Shown here in pieces: positions 1 through 12,156 of a stretch of 64,000 bases of DNA; position 1 is the first letter of the stretch; each line of letters starts with the position of its first letter. Origin of the DNA: Balanoglossus misakiensis (lineage: Eukaryota > Animalia > Hemichordata). A program made the translations under genes and the position numbers. The notes beneath the pieces are model-generated. The model was not told where the DNA came from. It searched no databases and was given only the letters and a program-made list of their open reading frames with translations. The stretch is taken from positions 1,957,830-2,021,829 of the forward strand of contig CM082593.2 of NCBI GenBank assembly GCA_040954595.2, given 5' to 3'.

Positions 1-150
1 GCTATCTCGATATGTAGCCTGTGACTCGATGAAAAGTTGTAACGTCAGTAACTGTAGATTAATTTCAAGGCATATGTTTGCATTACAGGCTGAAAAATAT
101 GACATAATTACGTGTCAAACACATTGCATCATCTTGTATGGATTGGCAGA

Positions 151-3100
151 ATGAATGCAAAGTCGACGAATTTTTCGAATTTGAATTCGATTCTGAATCC
201 CGAGATCGTGAAGACGACAACGTGTCCAGCGTCTTTTCACGCCGCCAACGTCGACTCGGCAAAAGTTGAGCCACCATCAACCAACACAGGTGTCGCCCGA
301 GTTATTAACTCAAGTTCTGAGGTGACAGATACAATCAATCGCAGCCAACCGACCACCTGTTGTGTGACGTCGACCACGTGTGCCACAACTAATGCCAACC
401 AACCGACAACCAGCAACACCAAAGTTGGCAAATCCAGAAAACCGCTGCCAATACTGGAATGTGACGAGTGTCAGAAAATATTCACAACGCCATCCTCTCT
501 GAAGAAGCATATGATTTCCCACAGTACATTGCGACCATTTGCCTGCGACGAGTGTGAAAAAAGATTCAAACGACCTGATCATTTGTAAGTTTTCTTAGTT
601 GATTATAGAACCTAAGAAATACTAGTAACCTTTATCCGTAATCAGACTACAGTGTAACAAAGTATCAAAAAAGTCTATCTTGATTAGACTTTTTAAAACT
701 ATTTTTCAACTTTTTTCTGATTTAATACCCAACCAACTTTAGGATGAACCACAAGGCCGCCATTCACAAATTATTCAAGTACATGTACGCCTGCTCAGTG
801 GCGGGTTGTCAGGCAGAGTTTAAGAGTCAAACAGCGTGTGAGAGACACGCCAGAATATGTCACAACGATCGAAAAGAATGTGTGGTCAGAGAGACAACAA
901 AAACTGGTGATGACGTCAGCTCATGTTCAGCTGAAAAGGAAGCATCTGCTGAAGAAGTGACATCACAATCGTTTAAGGTGCCTAGTGTGACCAAGCCTGC
1001 CGAGGTGCAAACTTTGGAGAAGAGTCGAGCCAGTCAAGTCTGCCAGGTTGCGGCAAAAGCAGAAACTGACGAGGATAAAAGTATTGGCCGGATAACAAGT
1101 GGAGATCAGTCTGGAAATATAATACCAACGACCGAACAAAGTTGTACATCGACGAGTCAGACATACCGTCAACCCTCGCCAAGATTTCTGCAGGCCGTTT
1201 CCACCGTCATTAGAGAAATACAACGGGTCAACGGCAACGGCACATCACTCCCGCATCAAACAGGAATGATTGGTAGTGGCGTGGATGCCTGTAAAATCTC
1301 GTACCAGTCGCCTTCCGGACGACCGGTTACGTTGGAAATCAAGTACCCGTCTGGTGGGTTCGCTGGACAGGGCCAGTCTCTGGCGTTTGCGAAGGGGGTG
1401 TGTTCCGACCATAGTCACTTGAACAACCCTGCCGCAATGAGCCATGGTCACGTGAAGACTTCTAATATCAATGTTGTAACATCTGAAAGCATGGCAGTGG
1501 ACACTAAGAGACAAGACCCAAACGTGAAAATATTTGTTCCTGTTAAGCCAAATCAAAGCAATATCATGCCAGCAGATGTGGTGAATTCAGTAGTGGCCAG
1601 ACAGCAAAATCTCGCCCCCTTCTTTGTTCCAGTACAAGACAACCATCCGGTCAAGGGCAAGGGTGGTGGTGATTTCGTCCGTTCGGGGATGGTGACCAAG
1701 TACTCAATTATAAAACCAGAAACCCCGCACGAGATGGGAACCGATGTGTGTCCAAAGGCGCTTGGTATCCAACCACCAGTTTCAAGTGTAACCCTAATGA
1801 GCAGCGACAACACAGTGGGTCAATCGATGTGTCTTTCTTCCCCCTACTCGCCAATAAACGAAGCCTTCAAAACGATCACCATGAGGACATTTCAAGGGAT
1901 GGCGGTGACCTGTCCACTCTTGAGTAACCCAGCCACTCCCATGAGGAGTCTTGTCACCAACACACCCAGCAGACTTGTCAGTCTAGCGGCGACCTCGCAC
2001 AACGGCAGGCCACGAGTTCAGAACCCTCCACCCAATCAACAAATGAACAAACAATCAAGAACCAATAGGAAGAAAGCAACCAGGTGTTCAGACCGCAGTG
2101 TTTCGAACAGGGTTGTCAAGGAAACAGCACACCAGCGAGTAAAAAATGGACGACAAACACGGAATGATATCAAAGAAACAAAGGACAGGTATTTCCATAT
2201 TTTATACAGTAGTCTGCTTTTCCCTTATTGAAGACAGCACACATATAGTTAGCGAGATTTATATTGAACTTTAACCATTTTCTCTGTTTTGGCAGTGAAA
2301 TAGACGAGGGTCTGATATGTCAGGAATGTGGCAGAATATTTAAATCCATACGTGCCAGGTGTGGGCATTCCAGGATCCATACCGTGGAAAGAATGGTGGG
2401 TTACAAGAAAACCAAGGAAGTACGCAAGATGTTCCCCAATAAATACCTGAACGTTCAAGGTAATGTAGATATTACTGAATCCAAACATCTCAGCCCGGGC
2501 CTTCGCCAAAGACAATCGACATATAGCAATGCAAAGCCAGACAAGACAAAAAACATGGGGCGAAACAAAAGACGTCAAAATATGTCAGGTGTTTCAAACA
2601 TTATCAGGTGTTTACAACCTTATTGCAATAGGTTAGAAAGTCGTTCTAGTTATCACAGCTTCGCTTTCGGAATTTGATCATTCCGGCAGTTTCTAAAGGA
2701 GCTGATGTTTCAGGAAGCGAAGAATCTGACGAAGAAAGTGTTGATATTGAGCGAGAACTTAGCAAAGTTAACCATAATGATGTCCAAAAGGCAAAGTTAG
2801 CCAGTGGAAGTGTGGATTCCGGTGATGGATGTAGCATAGTTAGACAGACAGGCACGGTAGATGACTGTGAGCCTTCGTGGACGGAGAAGAAAACTAGACG
2901 ACCGTGAGTATTATGGGATGGTGGTTAGGGAATGGATAAAGCCAATGTCCCCAAGAGATGTGGCATGTTCAACATCACTCCGTCATTAAATGTATGGCTT
3001 TCATAATGAACCCTACTAAGAATTTTATACATTACTATCCAACAATAAATTTTAGATCATGATGTGTTTTTCCCTTCAGAAAATATTATGATTTCGAACA

Positions 3101-4998
3101 GCTTAAAGCAAGGGCTGCAGATATACCAGAACTCAGTAAGTAATACAATTTATTCTTCGGGTACTTAATCTGAATAGCCTCAAGTTTGCTTGACGTTGAT
3201 TTTTGTTCTGCGTAGAAATTGTAGTTTACTGGTACTGGTTTAGCATAGGTTAAGAATGCAATAAATTCGGATGTTCGACCGTGTCTTGCAGTATCGTTGG
3301 AAGAGAGAGAGAAAGAAAAGTTAAATCCTCGACATCAGGGACAACCAATTTTGTATCCACGAGAAATCCAGCCGGCTTCTGATGTTTCATCACGTATGTT
3401 TTGCCGTTAAGTCATCTTATTCATTTCAACTTATATTAATTTCGTCTCTAAATGTGAAATAGTTTCATCCAGACTCGACTTGTGTCGCCATTGCAATTAG
3501 ATCTTTTCAATTGAGGCGGCGTTTACTAGTATTCGCGTCTGGCGAATCGTTTTACAAGGGTTGTTACATTTAGACGGATCGGATGAGTCATATTGGTGGC
3601 GCTGTTCGTTCACATTACCGGCACTCTTTATGATGTACACAACAAATCATATTTGTTTGTGTGTAGAAAACGTTTCAAAAATATTTCAGGAAAATTAATT
3701 AAAACAAAACATTTTTACTCTTCTTTTCTGGAAAGTCGAGTGGACAGAAGCGGAGATCCTGTGGTTCAAATATGCACTTCTGGAATTTGGAAAGCGATTT
3801 TCATACATTGAGCGATTTGTAAGTTATCCGCTGTGAACATTTATCAGAACTAGCTCTTGATGGCGCCATATACCACAGAAAGCTTTGCCGTTGAAAAATA
3901 TACCTGCTCTTCTGTGAATCGAAATTAAATGATATTTTCCTCAAATGACACTAACTGATTATTCGAAAGTATTAGTAGATTTTCTCCATTTTGACTGCAC
4001 ATTCATTGTTTACTTTTTTTCAGATGAAAACGAAAACTGCGGCCGAATGTGTAAAATTTTACTATCGCCTTAAGATGATTGATCCAGAGTTTTACTGGGA
4101 AGTGAAGTTAAACAATGATATATGGGTATGTGAAAGTATCTATTAAAATTGCACCTTTCCTCTGTTGAAAACAGCCTAGTTACTTCGTGTATAGGCCTAG
4201 CTGGTGTTATAAGTGAAGTGGGGTTTGAACAGATCTTTTCACGCCAAGCGGTGTCCTGTAGAGGACGCACAGACTTGAAAGAACAGTAGTGAAAATGGTG
4301 TGTCTTTATTATTTTGGTAGCCTTTACTGAGTGAACAAGAAAAGCGCACAAAACGAGACAGATGGAACTTGCTTGGTGATGAAGATTTTCAGAAGGTGAA
4401 GACGGAAATTCTGAGGGAACCCGACAAATTCTTCGCAGAACTCATTCAGAAATTACGCCGTGAGGCAGAGACGGTGGACAGGAGAAAACTTGTCGATATT
4501 CTGTCGAAAATTGACGAGGATCAAGAAGGAACGGAATCCCAATCTGAAGCCTCGCAAGAAACGACGGAGTCCGAAACGAACAAAATTCGCACGAGTGCAC
4601 GAAAGAGAAAACCAAAAGTGTGGGATGATGGGTATATTTTCAAAAAGAAAGCAAAGATTTGGAATACACCAAAGATTTCGGAAACTGAGGAGCACAAACA
4701 ACCACAAGACAATGTAAATATCAGTGAAGAGTCGGGAATATCTTGTAAGGGAAGTAAGAAACGGAGGGCAACATGGAAAGATGGCCGCCATAGCAACGAG
4801 ATGTACAGGCCCAGGAAGCAAATTCAAAATGGCGGCAATCGGACCAGTTCCAAGGCTGGCGTAAGAAAGACGTCGGCTGCAAATACGAATAAAGTTACTT
4901 CACGTGGTGACAGGAGTGGGAAGAGAAACCGATATGAGAAAGAGAAATCTGCAAACAAGAAAACAAAAGGAAACGCACCAAGAAAACCGAAGAAATAG
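151..4998 (+). CDS. ZNF541/TRERF1/MIDEAS-like C2H2 zinc-finger + SANT transcriptional regulator (multi-exon; 5' end uncertain)
   Basis: Phase-consistent exons ~151-584, 743-2188, 2296-2588, 2690-2903, 3080-3135, ~3292-3392, 3736-3818, 4024-4124, 4321-4998. Fingers [35 protein letters not shown]|[37 protein letters not shown] domain split over two exons: [26 protein letters not shown]|[23 protein letters not shown] near 5114. Confidence 0.7.
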
Positions 4999-5885
4999 CT
5001 GGGCCCTAATATCTTCGTACACAGGAATCTGTGTCAGGAAATGGTGAAAAAGATTCATCTGAAGGGAATCAAAGATTGTTTATAATCACATGTGCAACGC
5101 TTTTGTAGAATTCAATAAATCTACAGTCATATTATTGACCAGAGTGTCCTGTTTTTATATATTCCCTGCACTTTCTGTCATTTCAATCGACAGGAAAACA
5201 ACGCAAAGAGGTTTTGGTGACAAAAAAGAGAAATTGCGGTCAATGAACCCTGTCGCGTGATTTATCTGTTTTACATGCGTGAACCATGACGTCATACACG
5301 TGCACTGTCAGCTTGGAAAAAAACACTAAGTCACCGCCCTTTGGCTTAAGAATGCAAACCACGTCTTCATTTCAGTGCTTGGTGAACTGTGACAGGGTAT
5401 CCCTTGATATAACATTGTTTTGTCCTATCTCAAGAATACGGTGACGTCATCTGGCCTGCCCTTCTTTGACCTTTCTACAAAATTAAAAGTGCATACGTGC
5501 ATTTCTGCCTGTTTCCAACTGTAACGACTGCGTTGCATTCGTCAGAACTACTAAAGTATTATTTCACCAGTTCTTAATACAAGTAGCTTGTGCTTGCTAG
5601 TACACAACAAAATAGGACTGTGCCCAAAAGCTCGCGCAGAATAAGATTGGAAATGTCAATTTTGATGGAAATGGTGAAAGAGTAGCTTTACTTCCAGAAA
5701 CATTATATTATGTATTAATATTGGGGAATGTTATATCGGTTGTTTCCATGACATTCAGGGTATCTTAACCCAGATGCAGACACAGATACAAGATGGATAA
5801 AGCGGGCATTGACAGCAACGTACATTGTTTACAAGTGAATCACCTATGATCAGCGCCCTCAAGCGATTTGACAAGGCTGGGGTCA

Positions 5886-6771
5886 ATGATGGCGGACGAT
5901 CCGCTGTCAAAATTACGGATCAAGAGACTAGAGGCCAGTGTAGAGCGTTTATTTTCATGTTATATACCTTGCATCGGTGCTATCAGCTATTCTACCTTTG
6001 GCGTCAACGTTGTACAGCCGAAAATCATTCGCAGGTTGGTATTTTAGACGTCATTTTACATCATTTGAGGACAACATCAGAATCGACCGTGTACGGCCCC
6101 AGGTCAAATCACCGGCCCATGTAAACAATCTCTCTGTCCTTTTAAATGGCCCATTCATTTTTTTCGGGCTTGTGTGGCCCTTCGCGTAAAGTCGCAGTTG
6201 TGAGGTGTAAAGCTATTTATATCGTCAGTTTAAATGAAGAAAGCTTTAAATTTCTACGTACAAATCGATAATTTACATGATGTGTTGGGCAATGGTATGC
6301 CTGGATCGTATCTGAAATAGAAAACGCCCCCCCCCCCCCCCCCCCCCATCTAAGAAGTCTGCACATGGCGTATTGGCACGTACCGCTGAGTTTATTTTGG
6401 ATCGCTCTCCAGATAGACTTGATATGTAACAGTATATATGACCTCTTTTTCTCCTTCTCCACAGCGTTTTCCCAAGACACTATTCAGGGATATCCAGCTG
6501 TCTATTCTTCAATGCACAGCTCGGAATAGGACTTTATATCTACAACAGACCCACTCTCAAGAAAGCTTCCACATCTCAGAGAATCAGATGGACTGTTTAC
6601 CTCACTGTTATGTTTAACTTTGGCTCGGTGCTCTTTTGGGCCGCAACGAAAAATCTGCTGCCAGAGAAGACATTTATTCGAGTCCTCTTTGCAATATCGT
6701 CAAGTATCTGTTGCTTGATTCTAGGGTGGCAGTACTTGGACTTTGTTGATACAGCTTGTGCCGAGTCTTAA
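5886..6771 (+). CDS. Small (151 aa) multi-pass membrane protein of unknown function, 2 coding exons; not in the ORF track
   Basis: Exon 5886-6034 (MMADDPLSKLRIKRLEASVERLFSCYIPCIGAISYSTFGVNVVQPKIIR, donor AG|GTTGGT, phase 2) joins in frame to exon 6465-6771 (polypyrimidine + CAG; VFPRHYSGISSCLFFNAQLGIGLYIYNRP..VMFNFGSVLFWAATKNLLP..QYLDFVDTACAES*). About 4 hydrophobic segments; AT-rich 3'UTR to AATAAA ~8650. Confidence 0.8.
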
Positions 6772-9700
6772 TGAAGAGACCGTAGCCCATCTTTCTGCTT
6801 GATTTTAATCTTTCAACCCCTGCTTTGTCTGTGGAATGGTCCTGAATGACTGTGAAAGCAGTGGGCTGTTCCAAAATGCAGGGTAGTCAAGGGTGTGTTT
6901 GTGAGAACAGAAGGGTTGATATTTTGTAGATTATGCAAATGTTGGAAAAAACTACTGCCAAGCGCATGCATTGTAAATAGCTATGACAAAATTCTGAATT
7001 AGTTAAAGAAACTCAACATAAACAGATAACAGCTCAAGAAACTCATCATGTGAATGTAGACAACTCTAAGAACGTCAACAAAAACAACAACAACAGTGAG
7101 TGGATCTTCAGTGAACATGATGCAAGCAACTCATAGACATTGACCAATCAGCAACCAGTTTCAATATTCATGTTTGTGACCGACCAATCAGCAGCTGCCT
7201 TTTGATGTTCATGAAAAGTTAACCACTACCATTTGGCCTAACACAATTGTAATCAGTGACAACAAGGTTCATTATACAGGGGGAAGGAGGCTAAAGGGAT
7301 CTTTGAACTAAGTCAGTCAGCGTTTTAGCTGTAATGGAGTCACTATGTTTGACCTAAATACAGCATTTACATTGGAACAACCATTAGAGTAAAAAAGTTC
7401 CCATTCTATGGTGTCACATCACAATCACCTAACATTGGAGTGCACTGACAGGAAATCTACACAGTAATGGAGTTTTAGAAAGGGGGGGGGGGGTGTTGAT
7501 GTTTACCTTCAACTCTGAAATAAGGATGTGTTGTCATGTGTATTTACATGTAATTTGTCAGGAGTGATGTTGAGGAATGCTTCCAGACAAAATGCCTCAG
7601 TGTCTTTGAGAGATTTTGTTTAGTTTGTGGTGCAATTTCAAGTGGAAATTTACTCATTGTGACCGGTTTTTGCAATCTAGTTCATTGCAGTTATTTGTCA
7701 ACAGTCTTGTCTATTCTTGGTCAAACACTGTTCATTTCTGGGATTTGGGAAGAGCGCCCCCAACACCCAGTGAGGGAATTCAATTTTTCAAGGAGCTGCT
7801 TGTATTATGTATCTTTGCAGAATTTTCTGCAGAGCGTATTGTAGTTTTTTGTTTTTGAAAAGTTACCTCAAAATATCTCAATTGTAAGTTCAATATCCAT
7901 TACATTTTATTTTCATATTTATCTGTTTTCTGGTAGATCCATTTCCCAACATTGCACGATGTCCAACAAAGTCATTTGGATGATTTGCTTTCAATGCCCA
8001 CCTGACATCAAAACTCTTTCTCTAAGAGTTTCATGAGTAATTTTTAGAGTTTAGTTATATTTATTTCACAGCGGATGTGTTGTACAATCATCTGTTTATG
8101 GCTGAAACAATTCACAAGTCCACGCACATATAAATACTTTTTTTAACTTTTTCTTATTTTTGAACTGAAATATATACTATAGGTTTCATTTTCATATTAT
8201 GGTCTATACCTTTGCAAGTTTAGATGTTTATGTACAGATGTCTTTATCATTTACACTTTCAGCAATACTTAAATAGTGCAAATATATGTATAAGTTTGAA
8301 TTCTAATCCAGCAGCTTATAGCATAAAGCTTGCTTTTTAATAGAGCAGAATTTTTTTTTTCGTAATTTACATAATGTGCAACATCCCTGTAAAGGATTAT
8401 TTATTAGATTTTTATAAGTTTCTTTCTGAGAGATTTTCTTTTTTCTAAGTTTAATTCGTCTACATTGCATGTAGCAGGTAGTTACTGAATGTTAGTTTTC
8501 CCTTTAAAGCATGTATGAGAATATGAATTGATGTTTGCAACAGTAGAGATCAGATATTCTGCATATGAGAATTTTACTATGGTGTATTAAGAATCCAATG
8601 TACTATGTACTGTGGAATATAATCATTTGAAATTCACTTAAATCTACTGAAATAAATTTCAGTGAGAATAATACTTTACATGTACGTCTCTGTGGATATT
8701 ATTTCATGTATATAGACTGTCACAGTCTACTGTTTGTTTCATGGGAGTGTTGAAAACTGAGGAGAGTTGTTTATCTAAACGATGCAGTATTGTGAACAAT
8801 CCCACAATGCATCATTCCGTTCCGCAGGATTACATGCGTGATTGCTTTCTGAATATCTACCTGAAGTTCACAGTGGCCGTTTGTGATAATGACCGATACT
8901 ATTAAATCACAGCCTAGGTTACTTTAATACTTTCTTGGTTAACTCGGGCGATAATATTAATGGGAGCCTCACCGAAATCACGATTATGCCCTCACTCTAT
9001 TATGTGTTACATGTATTTGATTATTATACCAGGTCCTGTATAGTCATGGTGAAAAATAGAGCAACCTGGCTGACACAAGATAATAGTCTTGGATGGAAAC
9101 TCGGAAATTGCTACCACAAAGCGCACACAAGCTGAAATGTAAAAGGCTGACGGTCCATTGAGAACTACCGGCCCCAAGTGAAACGCACGTTTGACTCAAC
9201 CATAGCGGATGCAAGCACCTTACCTTAACACGGTTCCGGACATGAAAAATAACACTCGCAGAAGAAAATATAACAAACTTACCAACGACACTTCGTCTTG
9301 AATTCCATCCGAAAGCACGGGTGCGAGAGTGGAAACACAGTCCTTTAGTCCCGGTCTAAAACTGGCAAATGTAGTCAGATGATGTCCATGGTTGAAACTG
9401 CCATGTTGCTCGAACGTCACGTTGCCCGCGAACAGAGTCACATTTTCGGCCGTCGTATTCCACGTGTTTCAGTCAATATGATGTCCAAAATCCTGGTTTG
9501 AGTCTACACTATATTCATACCAAATATACTCCAATATCGTGAGGATATAAGGGTAACTACTGGGGGAAAAACGGCAGTTTTCGTCATTTTCAAGTCTCCG
9601 CGCATGCATCATGTCCCGGTCAGGTCGTCGAGTGGCAAATTCCACACCTGTTCGACGGGTTTAATATGTAAATTATTCCCCCCCCCCCCCGACTCTTACA

Positions 9701-10085
9701 CATGCAATATGGCGCACAGCACGGACTTCACGGCCCAGTGAAAAGTTACAGATTTGCCTGAAAAGTAATTTACTGCTCGGATTCCCGAAAATCTTGAGAA
9801 TGGTCAATCAGAAACATTCACACTTCGGGGCAACGTGTGTTAGGTGTATGTGGTCACTGAGTGCCCTTTATTTGAAAACAAGTTTCACAAGTATCAAAAT
9901 TAATCGAATTATAGCGAAAACACACGATTTTTACATCTTCGATGATATGAATGGGCTAATGCATTATTCTAACACAGGCCCTAAAGGTTTTTAAAAAAGC
10001 CACTTCGGTGCTGATGTTTCGGTCGGGAACTTCTTCAAGTTCGGATCGAAATTCGATCAGTTTGTTTTACACCAGCAAGTTGCAT

Positions 10086-10886
10086 TCACGCCTTTGGTTT
10101 CTTTGGATTGGCGAGATGTTTAGAATTGTCGTAAATTACCAATAACACGCCACCCAAAAGGCCATGGATGATTGTACAGAGACATCCCTTGTAGAATCCC
10201 CGGATGCCTTCGTGGGTGTACATCTTCTTCCAACAGTCGATGGCGTTTCTGTACGCCATCTTCTGGCGACGCCCGCTCTGTACTATCATGCGGCATCGGA
10301 CAGTGTCAAATGGGTAAGCCATGAGACCAGCGGTCAGCGTTACTGAATGAGCAATCACCATGGTTACTGGCACACTTCTCTGGTACTTCTCCGGCAAGAA
10401 TGACTTGGCTGTGTCGTACAGACCGAAGTAGGCCCCACGGTAGACGATGATACCCAGTACGGACACGTTGAAGCCGCGGTAGAGGCCACGGATTCCGTCT
10501 GACCGGTAGATGTTGGCGATGCAGTTGCCGAAGCCACTGAACTCTCTGTTGATGCCGGCTTTGCCCACATCAACACCAAGTCGCGTACGGGCGAAATAAA
10601 TTGGATAGACGAAAACGAGGGAGGTTGCTCCGGCCGCACCACCAGCCGCCATATTACCCAAGAAAAACCGCCAGGGTGATCTCTTCTTGTCGACTCCTGC
10701 CAAGAATGTATTGAAGTTTTCTTTCAAGGCGAAATTCAGTGCTTGTGTCGGTAAGTGACCGACCACACTCACCAAGTTTCCACGCCAAAGTGAGCGAACT
10801 CCAAGTTCTCGAGTCGATCGGGTGAAACAGTCGACGATACCTTTGTACCGCGTTTCCCTCGTGATCCGAGGATGGGCATCTTGTGT
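10086..10886 (-). CDS. ADP/ATP translocase-like terminal exon E2b (divergent paralog, 266 aa)
   Basis: Acceptor tttcag|ACA CAA GAT (phase 0). Mitochondrial carrier motifs WRGN, PTQALNFA, GLYRGF, YPFDTVR; ANT signature degenerate (RCRMIV). Minus-strand AATAAA at 9867-9872. Confidence 0.85.
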   Translation of the reverse strand, partial: TQDAHPRITRETRYKGIVDCFTRSTRELGVRSLWRGNLVSVVGHLPTQALNFALKENFNTFLAGVDKKRSPWRFFLGNMAAGGAAGATSLVFVYPIYFARTRLGVDVGKAGINREFSGFGNCIANIYRSDGIRGLYRGFNVSVLGIIVYRGAYFGLYDTAKSFLPEKYQRSVPVTMVIAHSVTLTAGLMAYPFDTVRCRMIVQSGRRQKMAYRNAIDCWKKMYTHEGIRGFYKGCLCTIIHGLLGGVLLVIYDNSKHLANPKKPKA

Positions 10887-11352
10887 CTGAAATAAAGAAC
10901 GATAGACACCCTGAAACATCAGTTAAATCACAGACAAGATTTGTCTGTGGTTAAAATGTTGACGTAAAGCCGAAAAGGTACATCGGTAACATACGTTACA
11001 TAAAAAATCACCCAAACGCAATTTTGTACAAATTCTGCCGCTGTTTATTGTAAAACTCGAATTTGTTACAAATCTAGAGATCTACTACCCCTACCTCGTA
11101 CATAATCTCACAACAAATGTTGTTGATATACCCTGTATAAAAACATTCACCGTAAATGCCCTCCTATCACAAGCGCCATTCTCTGTGTAATGAAAAACGA
11201 ACATTACAAAGCTCTTCTTTTGAACTGTTAGCTATAGTGGTGATGTCGACAATGATTTTCTAAGTTTAACTTCTACATGCACGCTTGTGCAAAGTGTGTT
11301 AAACTCGATTAAGGAGCACACGAATTCTTTCCAAAACTACACAGAATCAAAA

Positions 11353-12156
11353 TCAGGTCTTGTGCATCTTCGGCTTGAGAAAATGCTGTATCTCGTCGTA
11401 AAGAACGAGCACTAAGGCGCTGCCAGTACCACGGATCATATTGGAGAACATGCCCTTATAGAGAGCTCTACCGCCCTCGTGAGAAACAATCTTCTTCAGG
11501 CAGTCGAACGAATTCTTATACATCGCTGTCTCCAGTCGTCCGCTCTGCATCATCATACGTCTTCGCACGGTGTCGTGTGGGTAGGCGATGACGCCAGCGA
11601 ACACTTCCACAACTTGGGCGATGAGAAATAAGATGAAGAAATTGTTCCGGTGTTTTTCAGGTATGTAGGACTTGGCCGTGTCATAGCAACCGAAATAGGC
11701 AGCACGGTAGACGAATATACCCTGTACGGAGACGTTGAAGCCACGGTAAAGCCCGCGAAGTCCGTCCGATCGGTAGATTTTGGCGATGCAGTGGCCGAGA
11801 CCGGAGAACTCTCTATCGACGGCGACTTTGCCAATATCAGCACCGAGTCGCGTTCTGGCGAAATCGAGAGGGTAGACGAAAAGGAGAGAGCTCGCCCCTG
11901 CAGCGCCACCAGCGAGCAGGTTACCGGAGAAGAACTTCCAGAAATGATCCTTCTTGTCAATCCCGGCCAAGAAGATCTCCTTGTAGGTATCCTTGAAGGC
12001 GAAACCGAGTGCTTGGGTGGGGAAGTATCTGACGACGTTCACCAGGTTTCCACGCCATAACGACAGAAACCCTTGTTCCCGCGTCACCCTGACAAAACAG
12101 TCGGTGATGCCATTGTACCGCATTTCCTTCGCGATCTGGTGGTGGGCATCTTGCAC
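11353..12156 (-). CDS. ANT: ADP/ATP translocase terminal exon E2a (canonical, 267 aa)
   Basis: Acceptor tttcag|GTG CAA GAT (phase 0). Motifs [19 protein letters not shown] and the ANT signature RRRMMM. Minus-strand AATAAA at 11044-11049. Confidence 0.93.
   Translation of the reverse strand: MQDAHHQIAKEMRYNGITDCFVRVTREQGFLSLWRGNLVNVVRYFPTQALGFAFKDTYKEIFLAGIDKKDHFWKFFSGNLLAGGAAGASSLLFVYPLDFARTRLGADIGKVAVDREFSGLGHCIAKIYRSDGLRGLYRGFNVSVQGIFVYRAAYFGCYDTAKSYIPEKHRNNFFILFLIAQVVEVFAGVIAYPHDTVRRRMMMQSGRLETAMYKNSFDCLKKIVSHEGGRALYKGMFSNMIRGTGSALVLVLYDEIQHFLKPKMHKT

Noticed and set aside
6326-6347. Long poly-C run (similar runs near 7481 and 9677)
   Set aside because: Simple homopolymers in non-coding DNA; lengths are unreliable.
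10887-10919. E2b as a stand-alone intronless gene from the ATG at 10919
   Set aside because: It would lack helix 1 and the first carrier motif; homology begins exactly at the splice acceptor.
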